From Eubacteriales bacterium (GTDB lineage: Bacteria > Bacillota > Clostridia > Christensenellales > Aristaeellaceae), in the NCBI GenBank assembly GCA_031556335.1, contig JAVBTE010000032.1, positions 92 through 64,091 on the forward strand: a DNA stretch of 64,000 nucleotides, written 5' to 3'. Both the position numbers and the translations under genes were made by a program. Position 1 is the first letter of the stretch; each line of letters begins with the position of its first letter. The notes under the pieces were generated by a model. It had not been told where the DNA came from, did no database searches, and saw only the letters and a program-made list of their open reading frames with translations. Below are positions 27,632 through 36,125 of this stretch, in pieces.

Positions 27632-28318
27632 ATGATGATGCAACATCCGCCATGCGGTTGTGGGGCCTGCGGCCAGCATAAACCGATGGACCCCTGTGTA
27701 CATCCCCAGCCCCCAAAACCGCCCAGGCCGCCTAAACCCCCTGTGGCCCAGGGCATTTTGGTGGACAAAATCATCGCTTGCGAGCGAAAGTTCATCCCCT
27801 CCCTGTGCACGCAGCTTCAGGTGGAGGGCCTTCCCTGCTGCGCGCAGCCGCCCTTTGTGCTGACCATGGTACAACAAAGCAGCGCCCAACCTTGGTGGAC
27901 GCCGCTGGAAAGCAAAGGGCCCTATGCCCGGATCTGTATGCGGGTGTGCATTCCCGTTTGCTGTCAGGTGAAGGATGCCTGCGGGCAGTTCTACGCGGCC
28001 ACCGCCGTGGTGGAAGTGGATGCGTGCCTTTCTCCCGCCTGCCCGCCCTCGGACTGGTGGAGGCACCGCATTGTGATCGTGCCCTGCGTGCGGCTGTGCT
28101 CGCCGCCGGTGTGCTCGGAAGACTGCTGCTTCCCGGTGCAGCTGGAGGTGTCTTTGGAACTGTACCTGACCAAGCCGGAGCCCTGCATGATGCGCGCGCC
28201 CGCGCCGCCCTGCCCCGATCTGCCCCTGTACCCCCAACCCTGCAAGCCGCCTACTCCACCTTGTTGGCAACAATGCCCAGGAGGCCCGGACCCGTGTGGA
28301 TGGCCAAGACAGGGCTGA
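27632..28318 (+). CDS. hypothetical Cys/Pro-rich protein (26 Cys in about 228 aa)
   Basis: GAAGGAGG lies immediately before three in-frame ATGs (27632/27635/27638). Codon usage resembles neighbouring genes (CTG, GTG, CCC, TGC). No family recognised. The 3' end overlaps degV by 68 nt. Confidence 0.5.
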   Translation: MMMQHPPCGCGACGQHKPMDPCVHPQPPKPPRPPKPPVAQGILVDKIIACERKFIPSLCTQLQVEGLPCCAQPPFVLTMVQQSSAQPWWTPLESKGPYARICMRVCIPVCCQVKDACGQFYAATAVVEVDACLSPACPPSDWWRHRIVIVPCVRLCSPPVCSEDCCFPVQLEVSLELYLTKPEPCMMRAPAPPCPDLPLYPQPCKPPTPPCWQQCPGGPDPCGWPRQG

Positions 28319-29108
28319 CGGGGGAGATAAACGAATCCGCCACGTTCAGGGTTTCTTTCAGCCTTTCCAGCAGTTGTTGGGCCTCCTCCAGGGCGCGCCC
28401 ATGAACAACGGAAAGGCTGATTTTTGCTTGGCCGAATTTTTTCGCGGCCTCTTGCGCCATGGTTTCCACGGCGGATTTATAGCCCCGGGCCTTGGCCAGG
28501 GTTTCGTAAATGCCGTCCGGGTTGATAAAAATGATGGGCTTGATCTGCAAAATGCTGCCCACAACGCCTTCTACCAGGCCGATGCGGCCGCCCTTGCGCA
28601 AAAATTCCAGCGTGCGGATCACAAACATGCCCAGCTGGGAGCTGCGCACTTCCATGGCCTTTTGGATGGCCTCGTCCGGGGACAGGCCGCCGTCCAGCGC
28701 TCGGGCCGCGGCCAACACCATCAGGCCCAGGCCGGTGGACAGGGTTTTGCTATCCACCACCCGGATGTTCATCCGCGCCCCAAAGTCCTCCGCAATCATG
28801 CGCACCATGTTGTAGGTGCCGCTGAGGCCGGAGGAGATGCACAGGTGAACCACATCCGTAACGCCTTCCGCCGCCAGGGATTCGTACAGCAAAGATACGT
28901 CCTCCGGCAAGGGCAGGCTGGTTTTGGGCAGTTCCTGCTCCAAAAGGGCATACAGCTCGTCCTGGCCGATGTCGATCCGGTCACGGTATTCCGCGTTCTG
29001 GCACACCACCCGCAGGGAGATCATGCGGATTTGATGGGCCGCCAGTTGTTCATCGCTTAAGTCGCAGGAGGAATCCGTGATGATCACCGTTTTGCGTTCC
29101 TTGTCCAT
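28251..29108 (-). CDS. DegV family fatty-acid-binding protein
   Basis: VIITDSSCDLSDEQL...LCISSGLSGTYN...LRKGGRIG. Confidence 0.9.
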   Translation of the reverse strand: MDKERKTVIITDSSCDLSDEQLAAHQIRMISLRVVCQNAEYRDRIDIGQDELYALLEQELPKTSLPLPEDVSLLYESLAAEGVTDVVHLCISSGLSGTYNMVRMIAEDFGARMNIRVVDSKTLSTGLGLMVLAAARALDGGLSPDEAIQKAMEVRSSQLGMFVIRTLEFLRKGGRIGLVEGVVGSILQIKPIIFINPDGIYETLAKARGYKSAVETMAQEAAKKFGQAKISLSVVHGRALEEAQQLLERLKETLNVADSFISPVSPVLAIHTGPGLLGIVANKVE

Positions 29109-29152
29109 GGGCGCCCTCCTTGGCTTGCTGGATGAGTTTTCACCGATGGTCT

Positions 29153-29180
29153 ATTATAACACGCACCCGGGGATAGTCAA
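29153..29180 (-). promoter_or_regulatory. putative sigma-A promoter of degV
   Basis: Minus strand reads TTGACT (29180..29175), 16 nt, TATAAT (29158..29153), preceded by TGT. Confidence 0.55.
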
Positions 29181-29269
29181 TGCGGCGAAACCGCAAAGAC
29201 TGTCATTTTATGGTTTGTTCATATTTTTTCAGGCGGGCTGTAACCTTCATCAACAAATGGGGGAATCGG

Positions 29270-29298
29270 TTGACAAAGGGACCCTGTTGGATTAGTAT
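29270..29298 (+). promoter_or_regulatory. putative sigma-A promoter of the giant repeat-protein gene
   Basis: TTGACA (29270-29275), 17 nt, TAGTAT (29293-29298). Confidence 0.55.
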
Positions 29299-29352
29299 TA
29301 AAATTGGTTTGTTGTGCATATCAGCGTTGATTTTGAAGGCGGAGGCGAAGGA

Positions 29353-32300
29353 ATGATGGTCTTCACCGCAAATATTCCATTCGGGAAAAGCAGGGCTCTT
29401 TCCAAGGCGTGCGCGTTGCTTGTGGCGCTTTGCATGCTGATGGGGGCGTTCGCTTTTGCGTCCGCGGAAGGGGTCACCACCCTGACCGTGGGGCTGAAGG
29501 GCGTTTCTTCCGACGACGCGCAGGTTTGGCGTTCCCTGTCCATCAGCGGCAGATTTGACGTGCAAACCCCCGACGGCCGCGTGCTGGGACGGGTGCGGGC
29601 CAACCCTTCCGATAAGGAAGAGGCGGCCGGAGAGAGCGACACCCTTGTCATTTCCGACGCCTCCCTGAGGACCGTGACCCTGGTGCCTGTGGCGGAGGAC
29701 TTTGCGGAGGGCTTTGCCTGCCAGGGTAACACCGAGGTGGAGATCAAGCCCGGCGAAAATAACATGGCGACGGTGCTGGCCTATGCGAAGCAGGGCCTTT
29801 TCACCCTGCGGGACACCCTGGAAAACGGCAAGCCCGCCCCCGGCGGGGAATATGTGGTGCTGGATGAGACCGGCGCCATGATGCTCAGCGTTTTGACGGA
29901 CGACCAGGGCCGCTATGCCTCCGCCAAGGCTTTGCCCAGCGGGCAGTATCAGCTGGTACAGATGCGGGCCGCCGAGGGTGCGGTTCCAAACGGCCAGGGC
30001 ACGCCTTTCACCATTCAGACCTATTTTGGCAACGAAACGGACATCGCTGCGGTGACGGTTTCAAGCAAACCGGCGCCCAGCCTGGGCGGCGAGGGCCTGA
30101 AAGCGCTGGAAACACAGCCCTTTGAGCAGGGCGACGACGAGGATACCAACGCTTATTTTTCAAAGCTTGTGGTTACAACGGGCAGCGACGGAACCAACAC
30201 CGTGCCTCTGAAAGATTTTACGGTCACGCTTTTGCCCACGGCCCTGAAGGACAAGGTGGGAGAAAGCCGCGCCCCCGGGGTGGCCGTGGTGGTGGAAAGC
30301 GTCACCCCGCGCATTGAAACGGAAGGCGTCGCGGTGAAAGCCCAGGGGCTGAACAGCCAGGGCGTTCCGGTGGGGCAGCCCAAAACCGGCGCTTCCGGGG
30401 AGACCCTGGTGCTGGAGGACGCGGTGGGCGCGGCCATCACCTATGTGGACGCGGCCACCGGGGAAGCCGTGGTGCCGGAAGGCTTCAAGGGCGGCGACAT
30501 CACCGCTTCGCTTGTGTACCTGCCCATCACCGCGTCGCCCACGGAGTACGCGCCCAGCGAAGCCCAGATTCGCGCGGAGGTCAGTTGCAGCGTTCAGTAT
30601 CCCGACCGGGACGGCAACAGCCTGGTGACCGCCAAATCGGAAGCGGAACCGCTTCCCATCGATCTGGTGATTGACGATGGCAAACTGGACGTTGCCTACT
30701 CCGCCGAAGCCTTGCTAAACGGCGCGGGTGGCGGCAGCGTTCGCCTCACCTTGCAGGATATGGAAAACGGCGGCCTGCCCCAGAATACGGCTCTGGCCGT
30801 GGTGTTGCCTCAGGGGGCCAGGGCGGTGGATACCGGCCTTGGGGAGGGCCTTCGGCTGATTCGCACGGCGGAGCAGGACATGGTGGCGTTCTCCTTGGAT
30901 CAGCTTTCCAAAAGCCAGGTGGAGATCCCCATCAAGGCCGGGCGGATGAGCAGCCTGGAGCTGCTTGTGCTGGACCCCCAGGGATTTCCCAAAACCCTGG
31001 ACAATCCGGAAGGCGCGTCCATCAACGCGCCGGAGCACCGGAAAAGCCCGCTGCTGGACACCCTGCTGGGCCAGGCCCAGGGGCTGTACGCCGTTGTTCC
31101 CTGTACCCTTGCCAGCAGCCTGGACCTGGGCGAAGCCGCGCCCTGCGACAAGCAGCTGCTGACGGGCACCATGTATGAGGACGGCGACCAGAGCGGCTCC
31201 CGCACCCAGGACGAGCCCGCCGCAGTGAACCGGGGCGTGCTGCTTCGGGGGGATATTTCGGGCTGCTATTATGGCGCGGTGACGGACGAGGACGGCAAAT
31301 ACGCCATTTTTGGACAGGCGGACGAGGCGGACGCGTCCGGCATGCTGATTGCGGTGATGCCGGACAACACCATGAGCGTGGGCGCCCACCAAACGGGCAA
31401 GGTGGAGCGCAAGGGCATCGCCATTCCCGATACCGACTATCCCATCTCTTATTTGAAAATGGGCATGATTCGCGGGCAGGTGGCCCTGGACGAAGGCCAG
31501 CCCTTTGCCGGCGCCACGCTGACGCTGAGTTTTAACGGCCAGGATTTGGCCACGGTGGAAACCAGTTCCACGGGCGCATACAGCTTTGGCGGGCTTTCCA
31601 CTGGCAATTTCCGCCTGAGCGTAAGCATTCCGAAGGAGCAGGATTTGGCCCTGGTGGCCAAAGAGAACGCCAAGCAGGAAAACAACTGGCAAATGGTGCT
31701 GGAAGAGGTGCCCCTGGTGTATGGCCAGGAAGCGGAAATCCCCTTCCAGGTGGCGTCTTTGGGCGCGGTGGAAGGCACGCTGACCCGGGGGGGCCAGCCC
31801 GCAAAGGACATGGCCGTGACCCTGAAAACCCCCAAGGGCGAAACGCTTTCGACAAAGGCGGACGAAAAAGGCGGCTATCGGTTTGAAGGGCTGCAGGCGG
31901 GCCAGTATGAACTGTCCCTGGAACTGACGGGGAACCTGTCGGTGGTGGCCGTGGACGGCCAACCCGCCGAGGCCCGCAGCGGCTACCAAGCGACGCTGGC
32001 CTTGGCTGCCGGCGCGACGGTGGAAAGCGCCATTGCCCTGGAGGAGACCGCGTCCATCACCGGGCGCATCAGCCAGCTGGGCGGGGGCCAGGACATTGCC
32101 GTGGCCTCCCTGAACGTGCAGCAAAGCGTAAAGACCCAGGATGACGGCAGCTTTGCCTTTGAGGGCCTGCCCGCCGGGGATTATACCGTATACGCCCCCC
32201 TGCCGGAGGGGAAGGACCTGCCGGGGGATTCCCCCTGGAAGGTGACCCAGCGGGGGGACATGATGTGGACCTCCGTGGCCCTGGAGGCGGGCAGCGCCTT

Positions 32301-35300
32301 TGCGTTGCCCGAGGCGGAAACCATCGAGATGACCAGCATTGAGGGGGTCGCCTATCAGGACGTGAACGGCGACCTGAGCTACCAGCAGGGCGAGCAGCTG
32401 ATGAGCGGCGTGACCGTGGCACTGCAAAAAAAGCAGGGCGATTCCTGGACGGACATTGCCACAGCCCAAACCAACGATTATGGCGTGTTTTGTTTCCGCA
32501 ATCTGGAGGAGGGCGTATACCGCGTTTCTTCCATGGTGAACACCCAGGGGTTCTACGTGGCGGCGGTGGGCGGCAAAAGCCTGACCATTGGCGACAGCGG
32601 CGTGATGACCACCGGAGAGATTCGCCTGAGCACCGGAAAGCGACTGACCGGGGTGGCGGACGTAGCCCTGGGCATGCCGGGGCGGCTGCACTTTGCGGCT
32701 TTCAGCGACAGCAACGAAAACGGCGCCCGGGGCGAGTATGAGCGGCCCATCGCCGGGGTGCTGGTGGAGGTGCTGGAGGCGGACGGCGAGACCGCCATGG
32801 CCTCCGGAACCACAAACACCACGGGCGAGGTGGTGTTGGAGGGCATCCGTCCCGGCCAGCACGCGCTGCGGGTATCCCTGCCGGACGGCTATATGTTCAG
32901 CAAAAAGGGCGAAGGCAGCGGCCTTGGGGTAAGCTGCGTGGAGGGCGAGGAAGCCACGGCGGTGAGCGAGCCCTTCAATTTCACGGGCGGCCAGGCCGTG
33001 GAGGCCGGGGTGGGCGCCGTTCCGGTGGGCTCCTTTTCCGGCAAGGTATGGAGCGACGACGACAACAACGGCATCATGGACCCGCAGGAGGCCGGCGTGG
33101 CCGGGGTCACCCTGAGCCTTGCGGGGGAAAAAACCAAAAGCGAGTATACCCTCGTGACGGACGCCACGGGGGAGTACCGGTTTTCTAGGTTGCGCAACGA
33201 TACCTATCACCTGACCGCTCAGTTGCCCGACGGGATGCTGTTTGCCAGGTATTCCCTGGAGGGGGGCGACAAACGGTCGGTTTTTACGGTGGAGGGCACC
33301 AAGGCCACCAGGGATTTTCCGGTGGTGGGCGCGGCGGATGTAATGAACAAAAACGTGGGCGTCATTCTGAAAGGCGTTGTCGAGGGCATCGCCTTTTTGG
33401 ATGAGAATTACAACGGCGTCTATGACGAGGGCGAAAAGGGCTACAAAAACGTGACGCTGGAATTGATCAAGGCCAGCAACAGCAAATCCATGGGCAAGAC
33501 CGTGACCGACGAGAACGGGGCCTTTCGGTTTGAAAACCTGCGGGGCGGGGAATACCGCCTGCGGGCTGTTTTGCCGGACGACGGCAGCATCTTTACCCTG
33601 GTGCCGGATGCCCGGGAAGGGCAAGTGAACCTGTTTGCCCAGCGGGAAGGCCGCCGGGAAAACACCATCGCGCCCATTACCATCGGCAACGGCGGCAGCG
33701 CCCATGCGGTGGTGGGCGTGGCCCGGGGCGCGACCCTCAAGGGCACCGTGTTTTTGGACCCCAACTACGACGGCATTATGAAAGGGAAGGAAAAGAAAGC
33801 CTCCGGCGTAAAGGTGGAGCTGGTGGACAGCCATGGGCGGCTGGCGGCGGCGGACACCACCAACGCCAACGGCACCTATCTACTGGAAGGCGTGATGCCG
33901 GGCGAGTATGTGCTGCGGGTGCTTCGCAAGGACAACTACGCGTTTACCCGCCTGCGTCCCGACGAAAACGGCGGCAGCTGGATTAAAAAGCTGGAAGGTG
34001 ACTATGGCGTGACCGATCCCATTCCCGTGGTGATGGGCCAGGAGATTGACGGCGTCAACGCGGGCATGCTGCCCTCCTCCACCGTCACAGGCGTGCTGTT
34101 TGACGACCTGAACGACAACGGCCTGCGAGATGAGGGCGAAATGGGCATGGAGGACGCGAAGGCCCGCCTGGTGTCCAAGGACGCGGAGATCGACCTGACG
34201 GCGGCGGTGAACGCCGACGGCGCCTATTTCTTTGACGGCGTTATGCCTGGCAAGTATACCATCACCTACCTTTTGCCCCAAAACGTGGAGATGGCCAAGG
34301 TGGTGAAGGACGGCAACACCCTGAAACATCAGGGCCTGGAAAACACCACCGATTCCTTCTCCGTGGAAATGGGCGTGGAAGACCAGCGGCCCCTGGTGGG
34401 CGCGGTGCGCCTGGGCACCTTTGAGGGCGTTTTGTTCCACGACGCCAACGCCAACGGGGAGCGGGACGAGGCAGAGGAACCCCTCGGCGGCATGGAAATC
34501 ACCCTGACCCCGGACAAGAAGGACCTGGAGATCGCCACGGCCAAAGCCGACAAGGACGGCCACTTCAGCGTGACGAACCTGCGCCCTGCCGGATATCAGC
34601 TGGGCCTGAAGCTTCCCGATGGATATATTTTCAGCGCGGACATCCAGGCCTCCAGCCTGACCATGGACACCGTGCAGGAGCAGAAGCTGACCCTTCCCTG
34701 GAAAGCGCTGATCAATCGCCAGGAAAACCAGGTGGGTGCGGTGAAGCCCGCCACGGTGACCGGCTACGCCTGGCTGGATGAGAACCGGGACGGCCAACAG
34801 GGCAGCGAGGAAAGGCTGCTGAGCGGCCTCGGGTTTGAACTGGTGAACGAGGCGGACGGCAAGGTGGCGAAGCGGGGGAACTCGGCGGAGGACGGAAAAA
34901 TGACCTTCGCGGCCGTGCGGCCCGGTACCTATACCGTGCGGTTCCGCATTCCCAGCCAGTCGGAGCCTGCCGGGGAGAGCGACGCCACCCTGCTGCCCGA
35001 AAGCGGCATGATGGTGCAAAAGGGCATCGTGGTGCCGGAAGGCGGCAGCTTTGGCGAGATTCACGCCGGCCTTGTATGCAAAACCAGCATCGCCGGCGCC
35101 CTCACCCTGGAGGAAAACGGCGCTGCCGACAAGCTGGAAGGCCTGACTGTGAAGCTGTACGAAAGCGGGCAGGACGACCCGGTGCAAACCCAAAAGACGG
35201 GCGCAAACGGCGGCTATCGCTTTGACGGCCTGTGGCCCGGCCAGTACCGCGTGGAAGCGGAGCTGCCCGCGGGGATGATCTTTGTGAAACCCGGCGACCC

Positions 35301-35853
35301 CAACTACCCGGAGGGCGCTTCCATCATAACGGCTACCGTGGGCGGCGTGGGAACCAGCAGCGAGTTTGAGCTGCGCATGGCCCAGCACCGCCTTGCCGAG
35401 AACATCATCTATATCCGGCCCGCCAAGCTGGGCGACATTGCCTGGCTGGACCTGAACAAGAACGGCCTTGTGGACGGCGGCGAGCCCATGATTCCGGGCG
35501 TGACCGTGACGCTGATGAAGGACGGCAAGGCCGTTGCAGAAACCACCACCGACGTCTACGGCTACTACCTCTTCCCGGACGTGTACCCGGGCGAGTATAC
35601 CTTGCAGGTGAAAGCCTATCCGGAGCTGAGCATCACAAAGCCGGTGCCGGAGCTGCGCATGATCAGCAGCTGCCTTACCAGCGGCGACGGAAACAGCGCC
35701 GCCAGCGAGTCTTTCACCGTGGCAAGCGGCACCACCCATTTTGATTTTGACTTGGGCTACGTGCTGCTGGACGGCCAAACCATGCCAAGCGCCATCGTCG
35801 CCCCGCCCCAGCAGGACTGGACCGGCGCTTATGTGTCGGGCTCGGGGAACTAG
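29353..35853 (+). CDS. giant secreted repeat protein with many SdrD-B-like / Cna-B (prealbumin-fold) domains and no recognisable anchor
   Basis: Signal peptide MMVFTANIPFGKSRALSKACALLVALCMLMGAFAFASAEG. At least 15 units of about 100 aa carry the signature D-x-N-x-N/D-G-x-x-D...GV.V.L...G......TD..G.Y.F..L..G.Y. Confidence 0.85.
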   Translation: MMVFTANIPFGKSRALSKACALLVALCMLMGAFAFASAEGVTTLTVGLKGVSSDDAQVWRSLSISGRFDVQTPDGRVLGRVRANPSDKEEAAGESDTLVISDASLRTVTLVPVAEDFAEGFACQGNTEVEIKPGENNMATVLAYAKQGLFTLRDTLENGKPAPGGEYVVLDETGAMMLSVLTDDQGRYASAKALPSGQYQLVQMRAAEGAVPNGQGTPFTIQTYFGNETDIAAVTVSSKPAPSLGGEGLKALETQPFEQGDDEDTNAYFSKLVVTTGSDGTNTVPLKDFTVTLLPTALKDKVGESRAPGVAVVVESVTPRIETEGVAVKAQGLNSQGVPVGQPKTGASGETLVLEDAVGAAITYVDAATGEAVVPEGFKGGDITASLVYLPITASPTEYAPSEAQIRAEVSCSVQYPDRDGNSLVTAKSEAEPLPIDLVIDDGKLDVAYSAEALLNGAGGGSVRLTLQDMENGGLPQNTALAVVLPQGARAVDTGLGEGLRLIRTAEQDMVAFSLDQLSKSQVEIPIKAGRMSSLELLVLDPQGFPKTLDNPEGASINAPEHRKSPLLDTLLGQAQGLYAVVPCTLASSLDLGEAAPCDKQLLTGTMYEDGDQSGSRTQDEPAAVNRGVLLRGDISGCYYGAVTDEDGKYAIFGQADEADASGMLIAVMPDNTMSVGAHQTGKVERKGIAIPDTDYPISYLKMGMIRGQVALDEGQPFAGATLTLSFNGQDLATVETSSTGAYSFGGLSTGNFRLSVSIPKEQDLALVAKENAKQENNWQMVLEEVPLVYGQEAEIPFQVASLGAVEGTLTRGGQPAKDMAVTLKTPKGETLSTKADEKGGYRFEGLQAGQYELSLELTGNLSVVAVDGQPAEARSGYQATLALAAGATVESAIALEETASITGRISQLGGGQDIAVASLNVQQSVKTQDDGSFAFEGLPAGDYTVYAPLPEGKDLPGDSPWKVTQRGDMMWTSVALEAGSAFALPEAETIEMTSIEGVAYQDVNGDLSYQQGEQLMSGVTVALQKKQGDSWTDIATAQTNDYGVFCFRNLEEGVYRVSSMVNTQGFYVAAVGGKSLTIGDSGVMTTGEIRLSTGKRLTGVADVALGMPGRLHFAAFSDSNENGARGEYERPIAGVLVEVLEADGETAMASGTTNTTGEVVLEGIRPGQHALRVSLPDGYMFSKKGEGSGLGVSCVEGEEATAVSEPFNFTGGQAVEAGVGAVPVGSFSGKVWSDDDNNGIMDPQEAGVAGVTLSLAGEKTKSEYTLVTDATGEYRFSRLRNDTYHLTAQLPDGMLFARYSLEGGDKRSVFTVEGTKATRDFPVVGAADVMNKNVGVILKGVVEGIAFLDENYNGVYDEGEKGYKNVTLELIKASNSKSMGKTVTDENGAFRFENLRGGEYRLRAVLPDDGSIFTLVPDAREGQVNLFAQREGRRENTIAPITIGNGGSAHAVVGVARGATLKGTVFLDPNYDGIMKGKEKKASGVKVELVDSHGRLAAADTTNANGTYLLEGVMPGEYVLRVLRKDNYAFTRLRPDENGGSWIKKLEGDYGVTDPIPVVMGQEIDGVNAGMLPSSTVTGVLFDDLNDNGLRDEGEMGMEDAKARLVSKDAEIDLTAAVNADGAYFFDGVMPGKYTITYLLPQNVEMAKVVKDGNTLKHQGLENTTDSFSVEMGVEDQRPLVGAVRLGTFEGVLFHDANANGERDEAEEPLGGMEITLTPDKKDLEIATAKADKDGHFSVTNLRPAGYQLGLKLPDGYIFSADIQASSLTMDTVQEQKLTLPWKALINRQENQVGAVKPATVTGYAWLDENRDGQQGSEERLLSGLGFELVNEADGKVAKRGNSAEDGKMTFAAVRPGTYTVRFRIPSQSEPAGESDATLLPESGMMVQKGIVVPEGGSFGEIHAGLVCKTSIAGALTLEENGAADKLEGLTVKLYESGQDDPVQTQKTGANGGYRFDGLWPGQYRVEAELPAGMIFVKPGDPNYPEGASIITATVGGVGTSSEFELRMAQHRLAENIIYIRPAKLGDIAWLDLNKNGLVDGGEPMIPGVTVTLMKDGKAVAETTTDVYGYYLFPDVYPGEYTLQVKAYPELSITKPVPELRMISSCLTSGDGNSAASESFTVASGTTHFDFDLGYVLLDGQTMPSAIVAPPQQDWTGAYVSGSGN

Positions 35854-36125
35854 GGGGCGGGGGGACGGAGGGGGACGAAGGGGACGCCAGGGGCGTCGCC
35901 CCTGGATCCCATCAGGGCTACGCCCTGAACCCCTTATTTCACCGCGTTTCACGCGGTGAAAGGGAAATGAATGAAAACGCTCCGGCATGGACCGGGGCGT
36001 TTTCAATTTAAATTCTTCGTAAATGAATCAGACCGCGTGGAACGCGGTCTGAAAACGGGTCCAGGGCGTAGCCCTGGGCGGGGTTCTAGGGGCGCAGCCC
36101 CTAGGGTTCCCGTCCCTCCCCCCGC
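35854..36125. repeat. intergenic multi-hairpin cassette, copy 4 (best-preserved full palindromic copy)
   Basis: G-tracts 35853-35893, hp3 35887-35905, hp2 35912-35928, hp1 35937-35961, core terminator, hp1' 36029-36051, hp2' 36061-36077, hp3' 36086-36104, C-tract 36109-36123. Confidence 0.85.
35974..36004. terminator. bidirectional terminator in the core of cassette copy 4
   Basis: AAAACGCtCCGG-catgga-CCGGgGCGTTTT with A and T runs on either side. Confidence 0.7.
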
